In this document: positions 39,389 to 48,705 of the stretch, piece by piece
Position numbering within the stretch: position 1 is the first letter of the stretch
Layout: each line of letters begins with the position of its first letter
Assembly: GCA_963667845.2 (NCBI GenBank)
Contig: CAXXVL010000002.1
Location: forward strand, 1,696,001-1,760,000
Origin: Smithellaceae bacterium
Lineage (GTDB): Bacteria > Desulfobacterota > Syntrophia > Syntrophales > Smithellaceae
DNA length: 64,000 nucleotides
Direction: 5' to 3'
Made by a program: the position numbers and the translations under genes
Notes under the pieces: model-generated
Told to the model about the DNA's origin: nothing
What the model saw: only the letters and a program-made list of their open reading frames with translations
Databases searched by the model: none

Positions 39389-39937
39389 TCAGAGCCGGCT
39401 CAATATTTCCTCCACTGACGCCACTTTGGCAAACAGACCGCTCAGGGCTGCCATGAATGCCGCATGGACATTTTCGGCAGAGACATTCGTACCGTTAAAG
39501 GACAAGGCTTTTGCAGCACAGGCATCATGAGCCAGAACGCACCGGAATCCATAGTCGCTTGCCGCACGCGTGGTGGTATCAATGCACATCTGGGTCATCA
39601 TCCCTGCGATTACAAGCTGTGAAATCTGATTCTCACGCAGATGTTCCAGTAGCTGCGTTTCACGAAAGCTGTTGGGGTAGTGTTTTTGAAAAACTGGTTC
39701 GCCGCTATCCGGTTCCACGCTCTTATGGATTTGCACTCCGGGTGTATTGGGCAAAAAGAAGGTTGCATCGGGTCTTGCGGAGATATGTTGAATGTGAATG
39801 ACGGGCAGCGCTTTTTCCCGAAACGATTGAAGGAGTTTCGCCGCCTGCGCCGCCGCCGCAGTGCTCCCCTTAAGCTCCATTTTTCCACCAGGGAAGTAGT
39901 CGTTTTGAATGTCGATGAGCAGCAATGCTTGTTTCAT
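39389..39937 (-). CDS. Cassette 5: isochorismatase/cysteine hydrolase
   Basis: ALLLIDIQNDYF, KHYPNSF, GMMTQMCIDTT. Confidence 0.93.
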   Translation of the reverse strand: MKQALLLIDIQNDYFPGGKMELKGSTAAAAQAAKLLQSFREKALPVIHIQHISARPDATFFLPNTPGVQIHKSVEPDSGEPVFQKHYPNSFRETQLLEHLRENQISQLVIAGMMTQMCIDTTTRAASDYGFRCVLAHDACAAKALSFNGTNVSAENVHAAFMAALSGLFAKVASVEEILSRL

Positions 39938-39944
39938 GGGTAAC

Positions 39945-40006
39945 CTCTAGCAAAAAGTTGAGTCGGAGTCCAGCGAGACGTGAGCTGCTCTAACTCCTTG
40001 TTCAGA
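39945..40006 (-). mobile_element. attC site (GCT variant of R')
   Basis: TCTGAAC...GCTAGAG; inner boxes GTTGAG/CTC(T)AAC with an extra-helical base. Confidence 0.65.
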
Positions 40007-40013
40007 TCTCCTT

Positions 40014-40532
40014 TTATGTTATTACCGGTACGCCCGCTTGTGAGAGTACACTTTGGATTTCTTGCACAGAATAACTCTTTTTCGCCGTAATATGAATGAC
40101 AGGAATACCAGCAGCCTTGAGTATGTTGTCAACGAGCTGGTCCCGGTTTTGTCTTTTTGATTGGCTGTGGGTGCTATCGTCAAGTTCCACTACAAATTGA
40201 ACGCTCAGGGACGTTGGATCGCATGCAACTATGTCAACATGCTTGCTCTGAATTTTATTGAGGGCACTTTGCCGTGCCCTATTCGTCATTCCGCTTTTCA
40301 CCTTCACGATATCTGCCAAACGGACTTTCCCCATGAAACGATGGCGACCATTATCTGCCTGTTCAAGTACGCCCAGGAAAGAGCGTTCGGCAGGAGAGAA
40401 CAACGCATGTTTCTTCTCATATGGGTAGTTCTGCGCCCCTTGGGCTTTTTGTCTCAGAATTACTTTGATTACAGCAACGACGGCCAAGAGGAGGATGAGG
40501 ATAAAGACCAGAGATAGAAGGCTATTGAACAT
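40014..40532 (-). CDS. Cassette 4: DUF2726-like membrane-anchored protein
   Basis: LFSPAERSF, KVRLAD, KHVD, VELDDSTH, RD. Confidence 0.88.
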   Translation of the reverse strand: MFNSLLSLVFILILLLAVVAVIKVILRQKAQGAQNYPYEKKHALFSPAERSFLGVLEQADNGRHRFMGKVRLADIVKVKSGMTNRARQSALNKIQSKHVDIVACDPTSLSVQFVVELDDSTHSQSKRQNRDQLVDNILKAAGIPVIHITAKKSYSVQEIQSVLSQAGVPVIT

Positions 40533-40553
40533 TTGTGAGTGTTCCTTTCTTAT

Positions 40554-40609
40554 GCAGAACGAAAAAATCACCCGGAGCGTTAGCGATCGCTTGTATGTTC
40601 TTGTTAATC
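40554..40609 (-). mobile_element. attC site
   Basis: GATTAAC...GTTCTGC; similar to neighbouring attC sites. Confidence 0.7.
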
Positions 40610-40639
40610 GTCTTTTTTACGTTATTGTTACCATCGTTT

Positions 40640-41308
40640 TTATTTAAAATCGTGCCCAAACCATTTGCCCGAATTTTTCGAGATATCTCTGACCACACTA
40701 ATAATTCTCTTAAGGCAACTATGAACCATAAAGAAATCAATGGCGGGGATAGACTTACCTTGAAATGTAGTTAAGTCAAATGTAGTGCCATCAGGGGGAC
40801 CAAAACTATGAACTGCAGAAACGCGAAATCGGCTGTAGATTATAGCGGCAAATGTGCCGCGCCATATTTCCTTATGGACAAATTCAAGTTCAGTAGCATT
40901 CAAATGTGGAGCAAGCAGTTCAAGTATTTCATGCTCTTCGTAAAGTCGTCTGTCGGCGACTTGGAGCTTGTCAGAAATAGTATGTAGAATTGTCTTCCAC
41001 TTTCTGCGTTCTGATAGTTTATTGAGGGCATCATCTAGCATTTTGGGATGAACGTAAGCAAAGATTTCATTTCCACCATGTTCTTTTAGGATAGCGACAT
41101 AATTGTAGTTGCTGCGATCGTCTGGCCAATATAAGGCGGATGCTAACGCATCAATATAACAAGCACACAGGATACGCGCTTCGTCCCGTTTGTCAGCCTT
41201 GTAAAGCTCCCTTAGATAGTTTGCTTTATTATCATAGTCATCAAAGAAGGCATCGATAAACTCTATTTTTGCTCTTTGGTTTTCCTCTGCAACAGACGAC
41301 ATATTCAT
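40640..41308 (-). CDS. Cassette 3: hypothetical protein
   Basis: AT-rich ORF filling the space between two attC sites. Confidence 0.75.
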   Translation of the reverse strand: MNMSSVAEENQRAKIEFIDAFFDDYDNKANYLRELYKADKRDEARILCACYIDALASALYWPDDRSNYNYVAILKEHGGNEIFAYVHPKMLDDALNKLSERRKWKTILHTISDKLQVADRRLYEEHEILELLAPHLNATELEFVHKEIWRGTFAAIIYSRFRVSAVHSFGPPDGTTFDLTTFQGKSIPAIDFFMVHSCLKRIISVVRDISKNSGKWFGHDFK

Positions 41309-41336
41309 GTTCCTAATCGTACCCAGATAACTTTAT

Positions 41337-41392
41337 CCTTAACGAAAAGATCAGCCGGATCGAAGCGATCGGGTGGATTGCACTTGCTAGGC
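41337..41392 (-). mobile_element. attC site
   Basis: GCCTAGC...GTTAAGG; upstream stop codon lies in R''. Confidence 0.75.
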
Positions 41393-42319
41393 CTTGATAT
41401 TTGATGCGCTAAGTAAGATATGTGTCTCTCCGGTATCAGCAATCTTATTAAATGATAATTCCAGTGTTCTTCCATCTACGTTAAAATTAAAACTTGCTGT
41501 CGTGGCGATATCTTCATTACTTGAAGTATTTGAATATTGTTTCACTGCTGCTAAAGGTATTGCCTCTATTCTTAACGTTATTTCTCCTTGAAATAAGATT
41601 TCTCTGATTCTTACATTACCTTGCTTTGTTTCAACAACGTAATGACTATTATCTTGTGGATAAATGGCTCTTAAATTTATTTTTTTTGAACCACCTAGTG
41701 GAATTAATTCATCATACAAACCATCAATGTTAGCCGCTGCAATAATAAAGGCGGTACCCACTGAAATATGATCTCCTGTTTCAGTTGATAATAATAGTTT
41801 TGCTTTAGAATTATTTTCTTTTAATATTTCTCTCAGGGCATTCCGGGTGTCTTCACTTTCATTCTTATCTATCATAAGACGGGCATCTTCAAGAATACCG
41901 CCACGCTTACGAAGACGTATTTTGTCCAATGGAAGCCAATTACTTATTTTATCTACATCCGTTTCCGTAACTGTTCTAATCTCAATACCTGATTCTTTAG
42001 CATACTCATTAGCACCTTCTGAAAATCCCGTCGTAGAAACAGCAATTATCTTATCAAAGTTAAATCTATCTCTTCTACCAACAAGTTGTTCTATCCACGC
42101 TCCCGGCGCAGGACCTTGTGTCGGTCGATCTCTGCACTCAATTAACCACTTGAATTTTGTTGTACCAACTTTACCTTCGATCTCAATATCGAATTCTGCA
42201 ATTTGAACCCCATCGTCGTTATACACTTTTTCATTGGGTGAAATAGAGATATTGTGCGGAAGAAGAATTTGTTCAATTTGCTTAACAAAGCTCTCTAATA
42301 ATTTTCCTGTATTACACAT
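41387..42319 (-). CDS. Cassette 2: restriction endonuclease-like (Mrr-cat, PD-(D/E)xK) protein
   Basis: EFDIEI..LIECRD, VSTTGFS.GA..YA. Confidence 0.8.
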   Translation of the reverse strand: MCNTGKLLESFVKQIEQILLPHNISISPNEKVYNDDGVQIAEFDIEIEGKVGTTKFKWLIECRDRPTQGPAPGAWIEQLVGRRDRFNFDKIIAVSTTGFSEGANEYAKESGIEIRTVTETDVDKISNWLPLDKIRLRKRGGILEDARLMIDKNESEDTRNALREILKENNSKAKLLLSTETGDHISVGTAFIIAAANIDGLYDELIPLGGSKKINLRAIYPQDNSHYVVETKQGNVRIREILFQGEITLRIEAIPLAAVKQYSNTSSNEDIATTASFNFNVDGRTLELSFNKIADTGETHILLSASNIKA

Positions 42320-42338
42320 TATATATTCCTGGTCTGTG

Positions 42339-42403
42339 GCCTAACGAAAAGCTCAGCCGGAGCAGCCCAGAGGGCTGCGATCGGCTGTAGCGACGGGTTA
42401 TGT
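42339..42403 (-). mobile_element. attC site
   Basis: ACATAAC...GTTAGGC, internal hairpin GCAGCCC/GGGCTGC, stop codon in R''. Confidence 0.88.
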
Positions 42404-42919
42404 TTCGTTGTTTGGACCTCGTGCAAGATACTTAGCGACTTCAGCATTACGTACTTCTAAAATTCCCTTTCGTGTGTCGCGTACAAAGGCTTCAATAAAA
42501 TGGCTTTCATCCTTATGCCTTATGTTTTTCAAAACCTCTTCAATTGTAAAATCGGACATATATATAAGGCTGTGCGCGATAAAGAATAATGGTGCGACAA
42601 TGTTTTTCTGCGTTATGTCCGACATAATTTTGGAACTCTCTCGAAAATCTATCCTTCGTGCATGTTCCACTTTAATTGTAACAATATTTTCAATTTCTTT
42701 TGGGTCATAGAGTTTGCTTAAAGTACCTTGAACATTATTAATGTAAGAACTTTGGGCAGCAAAAGAATCAATTATTGATTTCTGAGCAGTAATCCCATTT
42801 TTTAGCGTTAACAGAAGGCGTGCAAACCATACAACGAGGATCCAGATTCCCGCAATTCCAACAAATCCGATAATTTGCATGTAATCAATATGGCTCATAA
42901 GATATCTTCCTTTTTGCAT
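42398..42919 (-). CDS. Cassette 1: hypothetical membrane-anchored protein
   Basis: AT-rich ORF with N-terminal TM helix between attI and attC. Confidence 0.75.
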   Translation of the reverse strand: MQKGRYLMSHIDYMQIIGFVGIAGIWILVVWFARLLLTLKNGITAQKSIIDSFAAQSSYINNVQGTLSKLYDPKEIENIVTIKVEHARRIDFRESSKIMSDITQKNIVAPLFFIAHSLIYMSDFTIEEVLKNIRHKDESHFIEAFVRDTRKGILEVRNAEVAKYLARGPNNET

Positions 42920-42940
42920 AATTCTCGGTAATTACTTTTA

Positions 42941-42965
42941 ACATAACAATTAATATACTGATCCC
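42941..42965 (-). mobile_element. Probable attI site
   Basis: G/TTATGT core (42941-42947) exactly complements R'' ACATAAC of the first cassette's attC; no attC hairpin follows. Confidence 0.65.
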
Positions 42966-43147
42966 GTAAAATCTGGTTCCCGGTGCAAAAGACTTTTCAA
43001 CCGCTTAACAGAAACTTGTTTAAAATCAACACAATATGAATTACGTATTCGGTAAAAGTTCCTTAATACCCAGCAAATACCGAGTACGTATTTTATGGCT
43101 TTTTTGTGAAACGTGGTCAAAATGTCTATGTAGATGGAGGTTCACGG

Positions 43148-43336
43148 ATGAATCAGATCTTGCCTCAGTTTCAGAAATATGTCGCCGAGCGCATGCTTGC
43201 ACCGGCGAGACAGATACCTTTCCTGACCGGTTGGGCAAGCAGATTCATTCGTTGCTCCAATGGACGAAATGATAGTCCATTCGATATGAAAATTCAATTA
43301 TTTCTTGATGATCTAAAAGAAGACCGATCCGTATAG
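43148..43336 (+). pseudogene. intI: 5' remnant of an integron integrase (long N-terminal type)
   Basis: GGAGG RBS; ILPQFQKYV..LAP..QIPF...WASRF resembles the N-terminal extension of long IntI proteins; divergent from the array; ends after 62 aa. Confidence 0.65.
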
Positions 43337-43359
43337 GTTGATCGCGGAAGGGCCCCGAA

Positions 43360-44211
43360 CTACCCCAGTTCAAAACTGGTCACGCCGAATATTTTCGTAA
43401 GCGGCAGAGAAGGGGCTTCGCCCAAATACATGCGGGCGGTTTCAAAAACCATGGGCATGTTGTTGCGGCGAACGAGCGCGCAGGCGGCGGCATTGGGCTC
43501 GGGGATGTCCAGAAAATATTCTTCGCCGGGTATTGTGTCGATCAGAGCCCGGAATAAATGTTCGGCAATTTCTTCGTGGTCGGCAAAGAGCGGTCCGATC
43601 TTGTGGCCCTGCCGGCATTTCCGGATAACCCCGTAACCGGATAACTTCCCGCTCTGCACATAGCCGAAGGCCGTGCTGTCCGGCTGATTGATCCAGCAAT
43701 TAAGAAAGGCAGCGCGTTTGGCAGGGAACATACCGCGATCGTAAATGGCTACATCATTGAAAGGACTTTTGCGCAGGTCTACGATTTCGGGAACATTTTT
43801 CTGGCTTTGCAAACCGGCTCCGCGATAACGGATATTGCGATAGGCTGTGAGAAAACCCAATTGCCGATACGTTTCCTGCTGGGCAACGACCGCATCGTTT
43901 CCTACGGTGCGGCTGCCGATGTACGCCGTAGCGGTCCTTGCAAGCTGATGGCCGATGCCATGGCTGCGCAGCCCGGGTTCCACAATATAAAATCCGGCAA
44001 AGCCAAAGTGCTCATCGTAGGCCACTGCCGACAGGCATCCAACGGGCTTGCCGTTTAGCTCGGCGATGAAAAATCCATCAGGGTCTGCCGTATAAAAACA
44101 CTCCGCATCGTGCAGGCCAGGATTCCAGCCTTCCCGGGCGGCCCAGTCAATGGCCAGACGAACGTCTTCCCGATTCATCCTACGAACAATTACATCCCTG
44201 ATCTCATCCAT
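43360..44211 (-). CDS. GNAT acetyltransferase (two-domain)
   Basis: WAAREGWNPG, RSHGIG, KIGPLFAD, FETARMY. Confidence 0.9.
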   Translation of the reverse strand: MDEIRDVIVRRMNREDVRLAIDWAAREGWNPGLHDAECFYTADPDGFFIAELNGKPVGCLSAVAYDEHFGFAGFYIVEPGLRSHGIGHQLARTATAYIGSRTVGNDAVVAQQETYRQLGFLTAYRNIRYRGAGLQSQKNVPEIVDLRKSPFNDVAIYDRGMFPAKRAAFLNCWINQPDSTAFGYVQSGKLSGYGVIRKCRQGHKIGPLFADHEEIAEHLFRALIDTIPGEEYFLDIPEPNAAACALVRRNNMPMVFETARMYLGEAPSLPLTKIFGVTSFELG

Positions 44212-44354
44212 TGGTGTTTCCTACACTCGTGACGCTTTCCTGGCCAAAATATTCTGCCGTTTCCAAAGGCACTGATCACATGAAGGACGCGCGGGCAGCA
44301 ATCAGGATGAAGCAGCGGCAGCCCGAAGAAGGTAAGTTTCATCCGGGAACCGGG

Positions 44355-46277
44355 TCAGATTTTCAGTCCTGCCATGTATCCTTCATGAATGGCATCGAGC
44401 GCTTTGCGGATTTTCACAGCGTCCCCGATAACGACGATCTCCGGAACTTTTCCCGTAAGTGTTTCGGCAAGTTCGTTCACAGGTTCGACGCCCGTGGCCA
44501 GGACAATCGTATCGAAGAGGCCGATGTTTTCTTCGCGGCCATCCTTCTCGATGATCAGGCCTTCGGGGCGCACTTCTTTGACTTTGGAGCTAACGCAAAT
44601 ACGGACATTTTTTGCCGCCAGGTCTTTGAGCAAAAACTCTCTGGCCGAAAGCGTTACGTCCCCGGCGATCCGGGGCAGCATTTCCACAATCGTCACCTGC
44701 TTTCCGTGATACGCCAGATGGTGCGCGGTTTCCGTGCCGATCATCCCGCCGCCGATGACGGCAATGCGGCCTTTGGCATCGGCTTTTCCGGTGAGGACAT
44801 CCTGAGCAGTCACGATATTGACCTTGGGCGGACAGGCGAGGGCCATGGCGAGCGGCTTGCTGCCCGTCGCGATGATCACGACATCGGGCTTCTGCTCCGT
44901 GACGATGTTCGCGGTAAGCTCTGCCGCCAGATGGATGGAAACGTGATAATCGGCCAGCTGCTTTTGCAGCCAGATGATGAATCCGGCGATCTCGCCCTTG
45001 TGCGGCGGGATGGCGGCGGTATGAAACTCGCCGCCCAGCTTTGCGGACTTTTCAAAAAGGTGGACCTCATGTCCCCGCCTGGCGGCGACCATGGCGGCTT
45101 CCATTCCGGCGGGTCCACCTCCCGCGATAAAGACTTTTTTGCGCACGTCCGCCGGTTTGATCGCAAGTTCGGCTTCTCTGCCCAGCGTGGGATTGACCAT
45201 GCAGGTCGCGGGCTGGTAAACGGATATCCGGCCGATGCAGCCCTGCAGGCACCCGATGCAGGCATTGATGTCGTCGATCTGACGCCGCGCGGCTTTATTG
45301 GGCAGCTCCGGATCGGCAAGCGACGCCCGGCCCATCGCTACCAGATCGGCCTTGCCGGAGGCAATTACTTCTTCGGCCAGAAAGGGATCGTTGATTCGTC
45401 CGACGGTGATGACCGGAATGCGGACAACGCTCTTGACCTCGCGGGCATAATCGGTGATCCAGCCGTGGCCGACCGCGGCGGGCGGCGCAATGGCGTAAAA
45501 GCTGCCGTACGTGCCGGCGGAGATGTGAAGTGCATCAATTGAAGCCTCTTCCAACATGCGGCTGATCGCTTTTGTGTCTTCAATATTTCTGCCGCCGGGG
45601 ACAAGCTCGTCCCCGGATATCCGGAAGATGACGGGAAAGTCTTTGCCTACCCGGGCGCGGACGCTGTCGAGAATCTCCAGCGGGAAACGCATCCGGTTCG
45701 CCAGGTTTCCGCCGTAGGCGTCGGTCCGCTTGTTGGAAGCGAGTGACATGAACTGGGCAATCAGGTAGCCGTGACCGCCGTGGATTTCCATGCCGTCAAA
45801 TCCCGCTTCTTTGACCCTGCGGGCGCAGTCGCCGAATTGCCCGACAATCCCGGCGATCTCAGGCCCCGTGAGCTCATGGGGCATCTCCTGAAGCAGCGGG
45901 CAGGGAAGAGGCGAGGGCGCGACCGGCTGGCTGCCGATGCAAAACTGCGAGGTCTGGCGTCCGGCATGATAGATCTGCGCAAAAATCAGGCCGCCGCTTT
46001 CATGAATTCTCCGGGTGAACCTGGCGTGGCCCTCAATCTGATCGTCTGCCCACAGCCCCGGAATGTTGGGGAACCCACGGCCTGTGGGGGATACCGCATA
46101 GTCTTCGGTAATAATCAGGCCCCAGCCGCCCCGCGCTTTCGCTTCATGATAAGCCGTATAGCGCTCCGTTGCGGTGCCGTCGGCGTTGCAGAAGTTCATG
46201 ACCATGGCCGGCACAACCAGACGGTTGGGGATTTCCAGCTGACCGATGCGGATGGGTGAAAAAATGTTTCCGAACAT
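44355..46277 (-). CDS. NADH:flavin oxidoreductase (OYE + Fe-S + FAD; 2,4-dienoyl-CoA reductase/BaiCD-like)
   Basis: EIHGGHGYL, RTDAYGG, CIGCLQGC, GGGPAGMEAA. Confidence 0.93.
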   Translation of the reverse strand: MFGNIFSPIRIGQLEIPNRLVVPAMVMNFCNADGTATERYTAYHEAKARGGWGLIITEDYAVSPTGRGFPNIPGLWADDQIEGHARFTRRIHESGGLIFAQIYHAGRQTSQFCIGSQPVAPSPLPCPLLQEMPHELTGPEIAGIVGQFGDCARRVKEAGFDGMEIHGGHGYLIAQFMSLASNKRTDAYGGNLANRMRFPLEILDSVRARVGKDFPVIFRISGDELVPGGRNIEDTKAISRMLEEASIDALHISAGTYGSFYAIAPPAAVGHGWITDYAREVKSVVRIPVITVGRINDPFLAEEVIASGKADLVAMGRASLADPELPNKAARRQIDDINACIGCLQGCIGRISVYQPATCMVNPTLGREAELAIKPADVRKKVFIAGGGPAGMEAAMVAARRGHEVHLFEKSAKLGGEFHTAAIPPHKGEIAGFIIWLQKQLADYHVSIHLAAELTANIVTEQKPDVVIIATGSKPLAMALACPPKVNIVTAQDVLTGKADAKGRIAVIGGGMIGTETAHHLAYHGKQVTIVEMLPRIAGDVTLSAREFLLKDLAAKNVRICVSSKVKEVRPEGLIIEKDGREENIGLFDTIVLATGVEPVNELAETLTGKVPEIVVIGDAVKIRKALDAIHEGYMAGLKI

Positions 46278-46327
46278 CAAATCTCCTTTTCCCGGGCGCG
46301 AAACTGAGGCGCCCGCAGGCAGGCGAA

Positions 46328-47485
46328 CTAGACGCACAATTTCAATATCTTCTCGACCATTTCCGGGATGACATCGGTTTTTTCGCCCAGTTTCATCATA
46401 TCATGCGCTCTGAGCTGCTCGATGACCTGAGGAATAATCTCCTGAGTAAGACCGTAATCACACAGGCGTGTTGAAATCTGCATGCGTTCAAAAAAGTTTT
46501 TGGTTTCCTCGATTGCTGCGTCAATGCGCGCGTCGGGATCGCCCTTGCTTATTCCCCAGACGCGTTCGGCATATTGAAGGAGCTTTTCCCTTTTTTCGTT
46601 TTTGCGGATCGTGAGCATGGCCGGCAAGACAATCGCCAGCGTAACGGCATGGTCCAGGCCCGCGAGCGCGGTCAGTTCATGGCCGACCATGTGCGTGGCC
46701 CAGTCCTGGGGGACGCCGGCGCTGATGAGACCGTTCAGACCCAGCGTGGCGCACCACATCAGATTGGCGCGAACGTCATAATTCGTCGGATCGGCCAGGG
46801 CCTTCGGACCTTCTTCAATCAGAGTCAGCAGCAATCCTTCCGCAAAGCGGTCCTGAACCTTTCCGGCCACCGGATAGGTGAGATACTGTTCGGTAATGTG
46901 GACGAACGTGTCGATGACGCCGTTGGCAATCTGGTTTGCCGGCAGCGTGTATGTTTTGGTCGGGTCCAGCACGGAAAACTTCGGATATACCAGGCGGTGG
47001 GCAAAGGGCAATTTGGTCTTCGTTGCGCGCTTGGTGATGACCGCGCCGCTGTTCATTTCGGAACCGGTTGCCGGAAGGGTCAGAACCGTTCCGAAAGGCA
47101 GGGCCTTCTTCACGCCCCGGCCATAGGACTTCACGATGTTCCAGGGGTCGCCCTCATAGTAAACGGCGGCTGCAATAAATTTTGTTCCATCAATGACGGA
47201 GCCGCCGCCGACCGCCAGCAAAAAGTCGTTCTTCTTGCTGCGCACTTTTTCCACGCACTGCATCAGCGTTTCATACGTCGGGTTCGGTTCAATTCCGGGA
47301 AATTCATCGATCGGGTGTTTCGAAAGCGCCGCCTTGACTTCGTCCAATACGCCGTTGCGCTTGACGGAGCCGCCGCCGTAAGTGATCATGATTTTTGCAT
47401 CCTCGGGTATCTCTTTGGCGATCTCCTTGATCGTGTCCTTGCCGAAGATGATCTTCGTCGGATTGTAAAGAGTGAAATTAAGCAT
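46328..47485 (-). CDS. yqhD: NADPH-dependent iron-containing alcohol dehydrogenase
   Basis: YGGGS, AVGGGSVIDGTK, DWATHMVGHELTA. Confidence 0.9.
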   Translation of the reverse strand: MLNFTLYNPTKIIFGKDTIKEIAKEIPEDAKIMITYGGGSVKRNGVLDEVKAALSKHPIDEFPGIEPNPTYETLMQCVEKVRSKKNDFLLAVGGGSVIDGTKFIAAAVYYEGDPWNIVKSYGRGVKKALPFGTVLTLPATGSEMNSGAVITKRATKTKLPFAHRLVYPKFSVLDPTKTYTLPANQIANGVIDTFVHITEQYLTYPVAGKVQDRFAEGLLLTLIEEGPKALADPTNYDVRANLMWCATLGLNGLISAGVPQDWATHMVGHELTALAGLDHAVTLAIVLPAMLTIRKNEKREKLLQYAERVWGISKGDPDARIDAAIEETKNFFERMQISTRLCDYGLTQEIIPQVIEQLRAHDMMKLGEKTDVIPEMVEKILKLCV

Positions 47486-47604
47486 AGATCCTCCTTTTAG
47501 AGTTTATTGTTTTTTGACAGGCCGGGCGGTAAGGATGAAATCCTCGCTTCCTCAGCGCATTTTATTCCAAATAAAACAGGTTACCGATTCCGACACGAAT
47601 GGAT

Positions 47605-48531
47605 CTACAGTCCGAAAACCGCCCGGGCGTTTTCGCCCAGCATCATGTCCACTTCATCCTTTGTGAAATGAATGCCTGCCGGCGCCTTTTGGGGCAGGTC
47701 GCGAATGTACTGAAGGAGGGTTCCGATCGGGTAGAGCAGTGTCTGGATGGGAGAATCGGAACCGAACAGAATCTTGGAAGGGCCGGCCAGATCAATGATC
47801 TCGCGCAACTGGCGGCTAAACAGGCTGTAATTGCGGCACGCCAGAATGTCCCAGGCCGCGAGGTCTCCGTACATCGGAGATTGAAAAGCCGCCAGAGACG
47901 CCCAGGGGCGCCAGTTGATGTACCCGCCCATGTGGGCGGCAATCACCTTGATTTCCGGATAGTCAAGGGCGATGTCGGAGAGCATCAGCGGATCGGCAAA
48001 TTTGCAGCGCCCGCGGGGCATCAGCGGCCCGCTGTGCGTGAGCAGGACGCCTTTATGCGAGGCGATGACCTCCAGGACTTTGCGGGATTCCGGGCCGGCC
48101 GGATCAAATCCGTGGTCCGGATGATATTTGATTCCTCTCAGACCGTATTCCGAGAAACAGGCCCGCGCCATGTCCGCCGCTTCCGGCCGTCTCGGATCGA
48201 TGCCGGCGAGGCCGATGATGCGGCCGGGGTGCCTGAGAACCGCCTCCCCCAGCATCCTGTTCTGCATCTGCATTCTCTCGACGGTGAACTGTTTGATGTG
48301 GATGTTGTCTACGTTCACCGCGACGGTGACATCGATGCCCGCCTCATCCATCTTCTCCATGAGCCGGTCCGCGAGCGGGTCTCCCCACGTTTCCGAGGCT
48401 GTTTTCAGGAGGGCTTCCGGGTTCGGATTCATCCCCATTTTCCGCCCTTCGTGGACGATCAATTGAACCATCTCCGAGGCTCCCTTTTCGCTCATGGCCG
48501 TCATATAATGATAATGTGAGTCGATGATCAT
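47605..48531 (-). CDS. Amidohydrolase_2 family protein
   Basis: IDSHYH, AAHMGG, LFGSDSP. Confidence 0.9.
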   Translation of the reverse strand: MIIDSHYHYMTAMSEKGASEMVQLIVHEGRKMGMNPNPEALLKTASETWGDPLADRLMEKMDEAGIDVTVAVNVDNIHIKQFTVERMQMQNRMLGEAVLRHPGRIIGLAGIDPRRPEAADMARACFSEYGLRGIKYHPDHGFDPAGPESRKVLEVIASHKGVLLTHSGPLMPRGRCKFADPLMLSDIALDYPEIKVIAAHMGGYINWRPWASLAAFQSPMYGDLAAWDILACRNYSLFSRQLREIIDLAGPSKILFGSDSPIQTLLYPIGTLLQYIRDLPQKAPAGIHFTKDEVDMMLGENARAVFGL

Positions 48532-48651
48532 GTCTGCCTCCTGCTATTTGTCTGACTGTTTCGTCTTCAATATAAGTTATTTTCGATTTTGTCCATGGGT
48601 CTTGCGGCTTTTTTGCGGCCCCGTCGTTTCCCGTGATGCGCTGCCGGCCCC

Positions 48652-48700
48652 GCCTATAGTCTATAGCCTACAGCCTAATAGCCTGCAATTTAATAGCCTG
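48652..48700. repeat. Short 7-8 nt tandem repeats (CTA(A)TAGC / CTACAGC)
   Basis: Directly visible; same unit occurs at 53936-54065. Confidence 0.75.
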
Positions 48701-48705
48701 CGAGG

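Noticed and set aside
39329..42403. attC-like repeats as CRISPR or plain terminators
   Set aside because: They are separated by whole genes, have AAC/GTT boundaries and lack U-tails, which fits attC
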